DNA of 64,000 nt from Torpedo marmorata. Its lineage: Eukaryota. Below are positions 38,254 through 50,216 of this stretch, piece after piece. The stretch lies in the NCBI GenBank assembly GCA_977017645.1, contig OZ360222.1:85436001-85500000 (forward strand), in the 5' to 3' direction. A program made the position numbers and the translations under genes. The notes under the pieces are model-generated. The model saw only the letters and a program-made list of their open reading frames with translations. It had not been told where the DNA came from and did not search any database. Positions within the stretch are counted from its first letter, which is position 1, and each line of letters begins with the position of its first letter.

Positions 38254-40884
38254 GTACGATGCTGAGTGTCAAGGAAAATATACAGAGCATTTATGGGAAA
38301 CAAGACTGCTTGAAGATGACAATTCTGCTGAGCAATGCTTTAGTGACCTGACAAATGAGTTAATAAAAAAAATCTACAATTTTGAATAGTCTAAGTATCC
38401 ACATTTTCAATGTTAAAAAGGTGAACACATTTCAAGGTGCACTGTTCCCCCTAACTCCCCAGACATTAACCAAGAGAGAACAGATATATTGCACTGTCTA
38501 TAGATTAACAATGATGGATTCAACATAGGTCTTACAGCATTATTACTCCATTGATAAAACTGCAGCGTTCATTATTTCCAAGAAGAAAATAACTATTTAT
38601 ATTGTGCCAGAATAATTCACAACTGGCATTAAAATTTAACAAGTCAGTTTAAGATGCAAGAAAAATTCACAAAACAGTATGTATATTATTATAAAGTTAA
38701 AAATGAAACATCTTTACTCATAGCAGAGAACACAGTATGCCTGGAAACCGTACAGAGAGAGGTTACCGGGCAGATCTGGAGATATCTGACCTATGCAAGG
38801 GTACTGAACCAAGATGTTCAAAAGGTTATATTTCTGACAATCAAAAGGCCCCCAGGGGCTAGCTGATCAATACATTTTTCTTACATTGATAAAGAAACGT
38901 ATTCATCTGCAAATATTATTACCCTTCAGCTCTGTAGACAGAAGCTTCCTAAAATAGTTCCCAGGAGAAAGTTTAATGTGAGGCTAACCGTAACAATCAA
39001 GCAATTCTGTTTTTCAAACAGCTTCCTTGGCACTCTTTTGTGCTTTGTGCATTAGTAGGGTTTTGGCACATCTGTGCTGCACTTTGCCCACCATTTCCTC
39101 CACAAATTAATGGCTTTATAATTTATCAAAAATGAAGATGCATGTGGAGAAAATCAATGTGGGCCCCGGAAGGTCAATTAAGGGGTGCTTTCCAGAAGTT
39201 ACTCCAAAGGGTATTCAATTGAAGATTACATTTAAGAGCAAAAATGCTGTTAACTTCCATGGCTACACATGTCATTTTTGGAAAAAAAATCTACAAATTT
39301 ATTTCCGAGGTGAATCCATTGTAAAAAGCAGATCTTATCTGTATGAACAAACTCTTAAGCAACTGGAACCAGCTGATGCTTTGTATTTCAAAAGCTTAAT
39401 GATGGCTGAGAAGATAACTCATGATTGACATACTTCTTGTACCAAGAGGGAAGAGTTGAAAAACCTTCTCTGACCTCCATTAGACTGATAGAGAAGACTA
39501 AAAGAGCATTACACTCTCCAGTGCCATCTGTCATAATGCATAAGTGAAATGATGATGGCAAATGAAAGGAAGTATAGCAAGCTGTTCTGCAGTGGCACAC
39601 AAACTGCTGAGAACTAAAGGAATCAATGCCTGTCTGCGTTGATGGAAATAATGGAAGGGCAAGAAACAGACAGAACCTTCAAACTGCTTAAAAGATGTGA
39701 ACTAAATATTGCAAGGTAGACATTCCCAAATGAAAAAATGCTGACTTGCAAGGATACCATCTTTTGAACTATATCCCAATTTAAATTTCTATTCAGGAAT
39801 GCATTCCTTTTGAATCCATTTGTCAGTTTCAGTTCAAATACATAAATTTAAAAACCAACTGGTGATTCTGCTGTGTTCAATCCAGATGACTGAAGGAAGC
39901 CCACTGGGAAAGAGAGATTAGGGTTGAATGAATTGACAATATTAGAATATTAATACAAGAACCCTAACACTTAAAATATCTATCAATTGTTTATTTTAAG
40001 CCTTGGAGAATCAGTGTGAATGCAATTTCAGCACAAGCCTGTGAGTTATAAATGGAATATGCAGGTCAACACCCTCATGGAACATTTTTAAAAATACATT
40101 AAAAATTAAGAAAATAAAGAACAGCTCACAATTCATCCTCGTGAACATTCAGCACACAGTTAAAATGATAAAGCAATAATGGTTTATGTGGAGTCCACTT
40201 AAAGCTTACAATTGACAAATTATAGTTACTCTCTCCCTTTTATGTTTGGAAGAATGAATTCTAATCACAGGATCTCTAACCTTACTTTCACTTGGATTCT
40301 GAGTCAGCTCTCTATGTTGCAGGCATGGACCTTCTCTCTCTCTACTATTTTAAAAATTAGTGAACTTTGCTACATTGTGACCCTAGCAACATAATTTTGC
40401 CAAGTGTAATGCATCTGGAAAAAAAACCCAAAATCTACTGGAAGAAAATAACTTAATAAAATTATTATTACAGATTTGCCACAAGGCTAAAATCCCATAA
40501 GATCACGAGTAGCGCACAGCAATTTTACAGGCTTACATCTGTTACGCCAGTGGCACTTTGGCAAATACAGGACAATATTGGATTTATCTTCAAGGAGTAA
40601 ATGCAATATAAATTTTATATTGTTGCATCTAAGTAGAAAGTCATAATTGCTCCACTGACAATTTATAAAAGGTGATAGCTACTTAATGAAATGGGCAACA
40701 AAAATAAAATCCCACTTTTCAGAATTACATTTTGAATATATTAAAATAGAATTTCCATATAACCATTGCCCACCAAAACTGGGACACAAAGGGAAAATGC
40801 CCTGCAAATATGGGCGCAGCTTTCAATAAATGTTTTAGTCTTCATCAAGTGGCCTTCTACAGTAAGTCATGGCTTACCTAATGT

Positions 40885-41525
40885 ACTTCAATTTTATTAA
40901 ATGTTGATTCTGCCACAGTATGGGAAGGATGTTTGGATTGAAGCGGTGGAGAGGAGATTCAACTGGATAGCACACTTCAGTTATTAGTAGAAAGGACAGG
41001 TTGGGTTGCTTTTCTTTGGAGCAGAAGATCTAATGGAGGTATATAACATTATGAGATGCACAGATACACTAATATAGATACAACTATACTGTTGTCATTT
41101 TTTTTAAAGATGTTTATGTAGTTGTTTATTTGTTGTTCAGCTGCAGCATGAATGAATTTCAGTTCACATGTACCTTTTTCAATGTCTTTGACAAGAAGTT
41201 CATCGTCATAGGATGGAGAGTAAGAAACCTTTCCCTTTGCCTGAAGTGACAAGGCTTTAGGTTAAAGGCTTAAGGTAAGTCACAAGCCAAGAGGGAATCT
41301 GAGGAAGAATTTTTCATCCAGAGGATGGTTGGAATCTGGAATTTACTGTCTTAGGAGGTGATGGAGGTGGGGATTCATACAACAGTTCCAGTCAAGCACC
41401 TGAATAACCAAGTCATGGAAGGTTATGGGCCAAATGCTGGTAAATCAGATTAGCAAAGATGGATACTTGATGATCGCATGGACATGGTGAGCTGAAGGAA
41501 CTGCTTCTTTGCTAAATGACTATAA
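40885..41525 (+). mobile_element. CR1-clade LINE 3' fragment with small internal insertion
   Basis: KDV..EAVERRF, LLSLEQ, FFIQRMVGIWNLL, and the ATGGTGAGCTGAAGG tail. Confidence 0.7.
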
Positions 41526-42339
41526 CTGGTTCAGGTATTTTAATACAACAGTATTTCTATCTCAGTTATCATGAAAATGATTTACTCAATCTATGATTTA
41601 AATATTCAGCCAAAAACAATTAAAATTTAAGCAGCCCACACCAAATTTATGACAGTTAAGTCATACATATTCAGTCATGAGTTTGCATTTACTTTTTAAA
41701 AACATTAGATTACTACAATAATTTCCATGTGTACACAAATATGTTCTTGGGATGCAGTGACGTGGTATTTATTGCCTATCCTTAATTCCTCAGAAAGCAG
41801 GGTTTATCTAGATTTAAGCCTTATTAAATATTGAGATGAAGAAATGGTCTTCATTTATAAATGGAGATTTCATGCAAATAATCCACTTAGTTACTAATGT
41901 GTTATTAACTAGATTAATCAAGATAAAATCAAAATGACTTGTTTTAATTGGTGAAGGGATATACATTAACTGACTTGGTAGGTACGTTGATTGTCAGAAA
42001 CTTGCTCCATAGGCATTTCTAGAAATGACAGATGTAATTTGAGGCCTCATGCCATGATAGTTTGGAACAAAGCAATGTCAAATAAAATTGTCAGTCATGG
42101 AGTTAAATGTGTCACCAACTCAATTCTTGATATATTGTGGAAACCTTCAAATTATATAGCAGTTCAAAATGAAATTTAGGTAGAAAGTTGATTCTCTTTT
42201 AGTAAAGTTTATTATAACAGTGAACATTTTGTTAATCTATTTCAGTGTGCTAACACAAGAAAATCCCATATTTATTGAGAACCATGCTTGAAGAAATCAG
42301 GTGCCTCCAATCTCCAAGTTCAGAAATGATCTGATAATG

Positions 42340-43045
42340 AAGACAAAGAGACAGCATATATTAGGATCTGGAGCAAAAACAAAACTCTGGGGCAGCTCAG
42401 ACAGCATCCTTGGAGGGAAAGAGATTGTTGACATCTCAGGGCAGGACTGAGTGTAAAAGGGAGATTGCTAATATAAAGAAGTGAGGATAGGCAAGGAAGG
42501 GCTAGCAAGTGATTGTACGAGTAGGGGAGTTTACTGTCATATTCCCAAGTATAATGCACAGATCCAATGGCATTCTTACTTGCTGCAGCCACACAGGTCC
42601 ACAAGGTACACCAACAACAGTACAAATTAAATTAACACAACATGCCACAACACAGAAAAGAGATAAAAGGATAGATATGTAAATACTCACAATTGCAATT
42701 AGTGCAACAACAAAAAAAGGATCCTGGGGAGGAGGGGTTGATAGGAAATGGAGCCAAGTGGGGAAGGGACATGTGTGAGATAGTGGCTGAAACTGGGTAT
42801 GATAAGTGGAGTCAAATAGCTGCAGGTTATGGAATCTGATGAGAAAGGCTGGTAAGGGCAACCAGATGAGGAGGAATAGTGGGCACATGGATCCAGTTGC
42901 AGGAGAGGAAAGAAACTAGATAACACAGGCTGAGGATAGAAGAATATGTATAAGGAGACCTGGATGGATCAGTAGGAGAGAGAAAGGAACTGAGGGAGTG
43001 TGAGTTACCTGAATTTGGATAACCAATATTCACAGCAAAGGGAAT
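42340..43045 (-). mobile_element. Old Penelope-derived fragment with nested LINE tail
   Basis: Degenerate terminal motif and purine-rich tract. TTTACTGTCAT...CTTACTTGCTGCAGC LINE-tail-like insert at ~42530-42715. Confidence 0.5.
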
Positions 43046-44246
43046 ACCAAGAACACAACTGTAGGCAAGTGAAGTTGTCAAAAATACTTTTTGAAAATCT
43101 TTTGCATCAACAGCTTACATTCTCACTTGGATAAAAAATAACACTGTCGATGGCCCCTGCTTTCCACTCACCACTGACTAGGAACAGTATAGGGAAAGAA
43201 GGTGGTGGGAAATGTGCATGTATCACTAAACACCTCCCCCATCACATTACCTTCACTTACCTTCTTTCAGGCAGAAATTCTACTATGGCAGTCTTAACGA
43301 GACCTGCACAGGGTTAACAGTGACAAAAGAACACAAGGAGTTTTGGACTTGTCCCAAATTAAACTAAGGCAAACACAGAAAAGCTACTTCTGTGGAATCC
43401 TTCGGCAATGGAGAAAATGTGTTCTCACAAACCCTGCTAGGAATTTTGGAACCTGCCATCCCTGACCTCAGTCTGCTGCTCCAGCCCCCAAGTAATTTTA
43501 TGGCAGAGATGATTCCCACAATCCTCAGCCTACCATCAAATTCTTTGGTCCCACTTGCCAGTTCTAATGTCATACTTGTCAGATTCCTGTGAAATGTACC
43601 TCCTTTCAAAGATTTTTAGATTAATAAAAGCAAATGAATGCAATTCATCTCTCTATACCCAGCATATCATATCTCTAACTATGCCAAATACCTGCACAAC
43701 TCTAAGGAGGGTACAGATTCAGTTCTTGGATGCAAGAATGCTTTCATTCTCAGCAGGAACTAAACAAGGGAGCATGCACTCTGTTTCTGCACCTTTAACT
43801 CTCAAAGTGTTTTAAATGACTGACAACAGAAAATGTGATTTATAGACACATTCTTATTTACAGCTCAATATAATGAAGCAACATTTATGCCGATTAAGAA
43901 GAAATTAACTACTCAAAGAAAAATTTATTATTTGCATTTTAACAAAATAACTGAATGAACTTCAAAGTTGCATTGGAGACAATACTCTATTTCTTATTCT
44001 ATTAAAAGTGTGACATATTTATGGCAAAAAGAATTAAAGCTGAGAAAGCAAAATAACTGAAAAGTTTTTCATGGTTCAATTTTTGTGTGTGATTTGTTGG
44101 AACAGCTGATGCATTTCCTTTGTGCTTTCAAGAGTTCTATAGCAGAAACATATCTGCACTATTATTCCTTTGGGGAATGACTTTAAAGAAAACAACCATG
44201 GATTTAAATGTCTTTTCAAATGTTATCTATTAAACAAAGTACATTT

Positions 44247-44440
44247 GTTTAATTTGTTTAAATATGAGTTTAAATATGGTTATTATAGATTATTCAATAA
44301 CTTGGATAGAAACTGCTTTTTATTTATTTTTATTTACTTATTTTCTACTTATATGCATATGAAATAATTTGTTATGTATTTTATTAAAGAATTTGTATGT
44401 AAGATTTATATGTTAAACTCAATAAAAATATTTTAAAAAG
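44247..44440 (+). mobile_element. L1 3'UTR tail fragment
   Basis: Ends AAACTCAATAAAAATATTTTAAAAAG, as at ~19435. Perfect 15-bp TSD AAACAAAGTACATTT at 44232-44246 and 44441-44455. Confidence 0.85.
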
Positions 44441-47400
44441 AAACAAAGTACATTTTGATTTATGTATATATGTTGTTCCAGATGCAAGCATCTGCAATCT
44501 CCTGTCTACATTTATATCTGGCAAAATAGAAAGATTCAAAATCAATTTGATCATTTAAGTTTTATACTTCTTAGCCAGCTCAAATAAATGGATTAACATG
44601 TCTATTTTTATTGTAAGGAAAAATTATTCTCTCTCCATTTATGTCACTGTGATGTTAAGGAAAACAAATGCTTTTTTTTTAAAAAATATATATTGCCTGC
44701 ATGGATATTGAAAATTGGAAACTGTCTTTTCAGGAATTAAAAAAATGCACATTTTACCATTTCTGAACAGACTACTTACAACTTCTTTCAAAGCCATTCA
44801 GAAAAGGGGTGCACCTCTGCCCCATGCCAACATCCTCTCGCTACAAAGCATCCACTGCATGACATCTGGTGGTATACATAAATTGTAATCTTAATTTTAT
44901 TGGTGGACCTCCTTTTAACAAAAAGAATCAGAAGAGTATTTAAAAGAAAATGTTAATAAACGCTGTGTTTTCATTATTCACGTCCAACTCACATGTGAGA
45001 GATCATTCTGTGTGGAGAGCTGTGCTCACTGAAAAGGCAGCTAAGGAATCATGACAGCGCAGTTTTAAATCTGTATTTTTTTGGATGTGCTGATCATTGA
45101 TGGATGTGCCCAATCACCATGTAATGCAAAGAGTGTTTGCAATCTATACCCTTCAACATGTTTTCCAGTTTGAGGACAGAGGCAGTTAAGAAAAATAAAG
45201 TAAATCTGTTCAACCTAGCACTAATAAATCACATGGCTCTAATTATAATCACCTTTTAATAATATTAACATTCCATAATTTAATATCCTAAAACCACTGT
45301 TTTAAAAAATACATTTCAAATATATCTGATGCAGAGATAAATTAATAGTATCTCATTTCATCCTACATATACTTCAAGTTCATCTTAAGAGAACGTAGTT
45401 TTTAAAATACAAATCATCTTGCAAATCTCACTTTGACAAAAAAGGCCAAAAGAGGGAGCTTCCAATGCTTGAGCTAACAAATACACTCCAGTGTGGTGTT
45501 GAGACCTCCAGCTAGACACCAAATTTAATCCAGAATCTCTCCTGAAATTATTTGATTACAGTTATGCTGGCAGTTGAAATGCCACCATTGGACTCGGTAA
45601 TGAAAGGGTGAAAACAAATTAAACAATTTGCCTGCCTGATCAATACAGTAAAAGACAGTTCAAGGCTCTGCAATGATCATTGAGTAATGCCTGTGCATAT
45701 TACTCAAGTTTATACAAGAGGAATGGTCATTTTCTGCAATATTGTCAGTGTCCATGGAACTATGTCTCAGTATGAATCATTATATTTAGGAGAGGATGGA
45801 GAAGGCAAGAAACTGATAAATGATGCAAAACAATGAACTGCCAGTGATATGTTATTTAGTTTTAACTTGCTAAGTTATTGAAAGAATCTAGAATCTACAT
45901 AGCATTTTTTTTTTAAATGCTAAATAGATGGATTTGTAAGCAAAAACAAATGTATAGGTTCTTCTACAAATGTTGCTACACATTTGAAAGAAAGGAAATT
46001 CAATCTAGGCATCTTTTTGAGGGTTCTTAATGCAATCTTATTATTAATAAACACATTGTATTAATGAAATGAAACAATTGTTTTTAAACAATGTTATTAG
46101 ATAACAGCCATTTGTATAACTTATTTCCAGCATGAACTATAAAAAGTAGCTCAAATTCATGGTACCCCAAATTCATGCCACTAATTCTCAAAATAATGCA
46201 AAGCAGAACTGACCATTTTCCCTTTTAAGTGCTTATGCTAAAAGCAACTGTTCTCCCAAGAAAGCTCTAGCTGTTTCTAGGATACTTACACACGCACAAT
46301 GACTCATGTTGGAATAGATTTTGTAAACATACAGCTGCACAGAATGCAAGCACAGCCCATTCAAGGCCAGAAGAAATGAGAACAAATAAATATTAAGGAG
46401 GTAAGAAAACGTACAGCTCTGTCCCAACAACTCATGTGGCTCACCTCATTCATTCAGCTTCAGCTTTGTTAAGACAGATGACATTCAATTCTACATGTCA
46501 TGCAAAATAGACAATAACCGCTGAAACTTGAGCCAGCTGCCAGGTGTAAAAAAAAAAGAAAAGATGATAAATCCATAAATTAATGAAAGACATCTGCTCA
46601 GGAAAATAAAAGATCAGAGAAATACTGCACTGCAGCTGAACCTGAAGCAGTATTCAAACACCACATGAGTTTGTGTGCAGTCTGCATACAGAGATTTTAC
46701 TAGGCAAATATGTAGAATTACCTGAGAGGCAGGCAGATGAGTTATGTCAATGTAGTATGATATAAAATTGTACAATTGAATCAAAGACTGCAGCAGTGTA
46801 AATGGAACTTTAATTACCATTTCTAATTCATCTTGAGAAGACTTTTTTTTTAAAAGCTGCTTTAGTCAGACATTAAAGTTTTTTAAAAATAAAGTTGCAT
46901 TTGCTTTACAAACATTACTGTACATCTATTATTACTCTTACTACTACAAAATTGTTTTAAAAAATTCTGATCGAGTCAATGTTTATGGGAGTTTGAAGTA
47001 GGATTTCTAAATTCCAGTTTGTTCTGATCATCTTTTGCATTATTTCATGTCATATGTAAAGTAATCTTAGTTACCAGATTACTATCAATTAAATATATTG
47101 GCACTGGACCAATTTCTGAACATTAGAACTCAATTGTAGTTTTACTCTGCCCATCCCTATTTATTATTTTTTAGTTTATAACTCTACATGTCATCTTATT
47201 TTATGCTAAGCCCATGGAGATTGACCGTACACATAGGAGAGTCTTACATAATGCTGCAGCTCCGCTCAAATATGCTACGGTATATGCAAATTGTCTTGTA
47301 CGATACAAAACAATTTTCTTGAGATGCAATGGAGGTTAATGACATGGGGGACCAAGACTGGAAACTTAAGAACAGCAATTCCACCGTTTCCTTCATCATT

Positions 47401-48436
47401 AAAGTTGGGGGGGGGGGGGTGTGGGGAAGGTCCTATTAATATGGTTCTATTCACAACGCTATGGAATATATTCTCAATCAAAGTTAAAAGTTATTGAGAT
47501 ACAACTTGAACACAGTTGCACATAATGTATTTTTAATAATCATATTCTATTTCAATAAGTACAAAGTAGTACACTTAATAAAAGTGGTGTCATTTTTCTT
47601 TGAGGTCAATAAATTATTACTATGGGAGCGAAATAAGGCTCAGCATCTTCTGTATTATCAAGGCCAAATACCTCAAAATTCATACACATACTAAAGTCTA
47701 AAATTTATGAGTAGGGTAGGCCAAAGGGGAACAATATGAATTTTGAATGTAACTGTCACAGTAATAAATTCATAATTTCAATTTTAAAACTACATTTTTG
47801 TTACCTGTAAAATATGTATCAGGCCATTAAAAGCACAAAATACTACAGTGTGCTGCTAAGCAACAATAAATGGCGCCGTATGTTACTGACTCCTGTCAAC
47901 AAATCTTTACAAGAACAAAAATAGAAGCTCTCTTACTTCAACAAAGTGATCGGATAAAACAAAAGGAAAAGCTGCGCCGAGAACTGTCACTTTGAAAGAG
48001 GACATTTTGCAGCTGATGCACCATTTAGATTTCATAAAAATATTTTTGAAAACTGTTTACCCAAAATATGGAAAAATGTACAGTAAATCTTGAAAGAAGT
48101 TTGATTTTGCTGATCCCACTGATTGTGCTCACAAGCTTTTAAAATCATTTGCTTTGTATATGCAAGGACAAAAGATTCCTGTGTACAGCTGAACAGAGGT
48201 TAATCATGCATAGCAGGCAGCTGCACTGAACTTGCAGAACATTAGAGGGTGGGGGTGATGCACTTGTTGTATCTTCAGTGTCTGGGTTATCCATAAACTA
48301 ATGTCTGGACCCCTTGCCTAAAGTTCAACTCAAAATTCTAATGAGATACCAAGAAGACTATATGGGTGAAAACCTGGAACTCTTTCTAGTTGCATACATC
48401 TATTTCATACACCAAAGAATAATCAGAAAAGGATAT

Positions 48437-50149
48437 TGTATTTCCAGAATATGGCGAAATGTCTGCCATATCTTGCAAGTCACTACACTCAGATTTAATG
48501 AGAGACAAAGAGAGACCTTCAGCAGTGCTGGGTGGATGGATTGGCGAGCACGGACGATGGTTCATGTGGTGCGATGACACTTTGGTCCGCAGACAGGCAG
48601 TTTCCCTGGTCAAGTCCAACGACTCAGGAGATGACCTGTCTTTTCCAGATGCTGCGCTGGAGGCATTAGCTATCGAGCTCTGAAATGAATAGGCCATGAG
48701 AGGAAGAGGCAGTGGATGGCGAAAAGCAGGGGATGAAAATCCTGCTGCAGCTGAGAGCGGGGACTGGTGATGAGAAATGTGGTGCCCTCCCATAGAGGGG
48801 GTGGAGGCAGATTGCTCTGTTGAGCTTTTGCGTACTACTAGAGGCAGTGCTTCCGTCTGGTCTGAGGAATTAGATACATGCATGTTGGCAAAAGTATTCA
48901 ACGGATTAGAAATGATAACGTCACCAAAGCATTGAAGCCGTGGATTTGTTGTATGAAAGTTATGGTTTTCTCCATTCACGGCAAACCTTGCCTGTGGAAT
49001 CTGGATAGGGGGGAAGACCTGAGGAAGCTGGTGGGAGGATTTAGAGAACATTTTGATGACAGAGTCCACTACTTGCGACATGGTAGAATTGAGTTCTTGT
49101 TTAAGAGTCTCTGCTAGCTGTTTCCCTTCAGCATGCACGGTGGTTAAACCCTGGCTTTTCCTTGAGTGGCCATCTCTCTTCAGTTTTTCATTTTCTGCTG
49201 CCATTTCCTGTTCTCTAATAAGAGCACGAGCACGGTCAAGGAAGTGTCCTGGATCTAACTCTGATACCTCATTGTCAGATCTGTCATGTCCTCTAGTATC
49301 AGCAGTTTCTGACTGAATGCTATCTTCAGACAGATCACCATCTTCATCATTCTCCGAATCTGTACTGTCATATATTTGGTAGAACTTTTCCTGGAGCTGG
49401 CGCAGTTGCTTCTGCATGTCTTCTAGTTGTTGCTTCAATTGCCTCCGTTCTTCTCTCTTTTGCTCTTTCCGAGCTGTGACCAGTTGCTGAAAACTCTGTT
49501 GCTGCTGTTGGGGAAGCTTCTGCTTACGTTTGTTTTCCCGATAACTTTCTCTGGGACTCACAGGCTGCTGCACCCCATCTTGATCATTCTCTCCACCCCG
49601 CAATGCCACATTTGGCGAATGACTCATTCCTCGAATTATATTTTCAACTCGTGCACGTTTAGCCCGCAAATGTTCATCACAAAGCCGATCTACGTCATAC
49701 TGACTCATGTTCGGCCTGCTAAATGGTGACACACATTCCTGGGCACTTTCCCTTGAAGAATTGCTGCAGGCATCCTCCTGATTTGCCTCTGAACCTGTGC
49801 TAGAGAGACCACTGGTTTGCAAATTGAGATCTGTGCTTCCATTCTTGGTTGCATTGTTTTTCAGCAGCTGAGAAATTATGGTAGCTCCAGGAAAAGGCAT
49901 CATAGCATCTTCATATGAGTTTGCCCGCTTTAACAGCTTGCGGAGCACATTAGACTTGTCTCCATCTGTATGTTGAACCACTGAACATTCAATGTCCTGA
50001 TCTGAACTTTGGGAATTCATGGCACTGAATAGCTTTCCTTTTTCTTTAGTTAAAATCGTAGATGTCCCTACAGTTCTCTTCACTCCAATATCGACTCTTC
50101 GTCTTTTTGTATGTCTTGTTAAGAGGGCTATGCTGTCATGGTCAGGCAT
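48437..50149 (-). CDS. PROX1: PROX1 (prospero homeobox 1) first coding exon (exon 2), 571 codons
   Basis: ORF reads MPDHDSIALL...KRRRVDIGVKRTVG, with NR boxes LRKLL and ISQLL, EHLRAKRARVENII, a Q-rich coiled coil, EALPLVVRK and IKSE, ending SPYSGNT. The true ATG is 50149-50147; the ORF track starts on an upstream GTG. The exon ends at the U12 donor ATATCCTTT (48436). Confidence 0.97.
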
Positions 50150-50216
50150 CACTGGACTGTTATTGTGCCATCTTCAAAGGCCTGTCAGCTGGGCACAGCT
50201 CGAGAATCCCAGGACC
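50150..50216 (-). other. PROX1: PROX1 exon 2 5'UTR part (67 nt) after acceptor CTAG|GGTCC
   Basis: Minus strand reads ...TCCTTTTGTTCTATTGGCTAG|GGTCCTGGGATTCTCGAGCTGTGCCCAGCTGAC...GTCCAGTG ATG, with a pyrimidine tract and AG at 50218-50217. It closely resembles the mammalian exon 2 UTR as I recall it. Confidence 0.88.
50160..50171 (-). other. Minimal uORF ATG GCA CAA TAA (MAQ*)
   Basis: AAG-ATG-G is a strong Kozak context. The stop ends 10 nt before the main ATG. Confidence 0.75.

Larger units (their letters stand above)
38254..48436 (-). other. PROX1: U12-type (minor spliceosome) AT-AC intron of PROX1, 10,183 nt
   Basis: 5' end ATATCCTTTT (48436-48427). Branch site TTTTCCTTGAC (38278-38268) with branch A at 38269. 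Terminal AC at 38255-38254. Joining gives the in-frame ...SGNT|IQEG. Confidence 0.95.

Noticed and set aside
48386-50152. 588-aa ORF as a complete single-exon gene
   Set aside because: It starts on a GTG one codon before the true ATG and runs 16 codons past the U12 donor. The homeodomain exons lie downstream.
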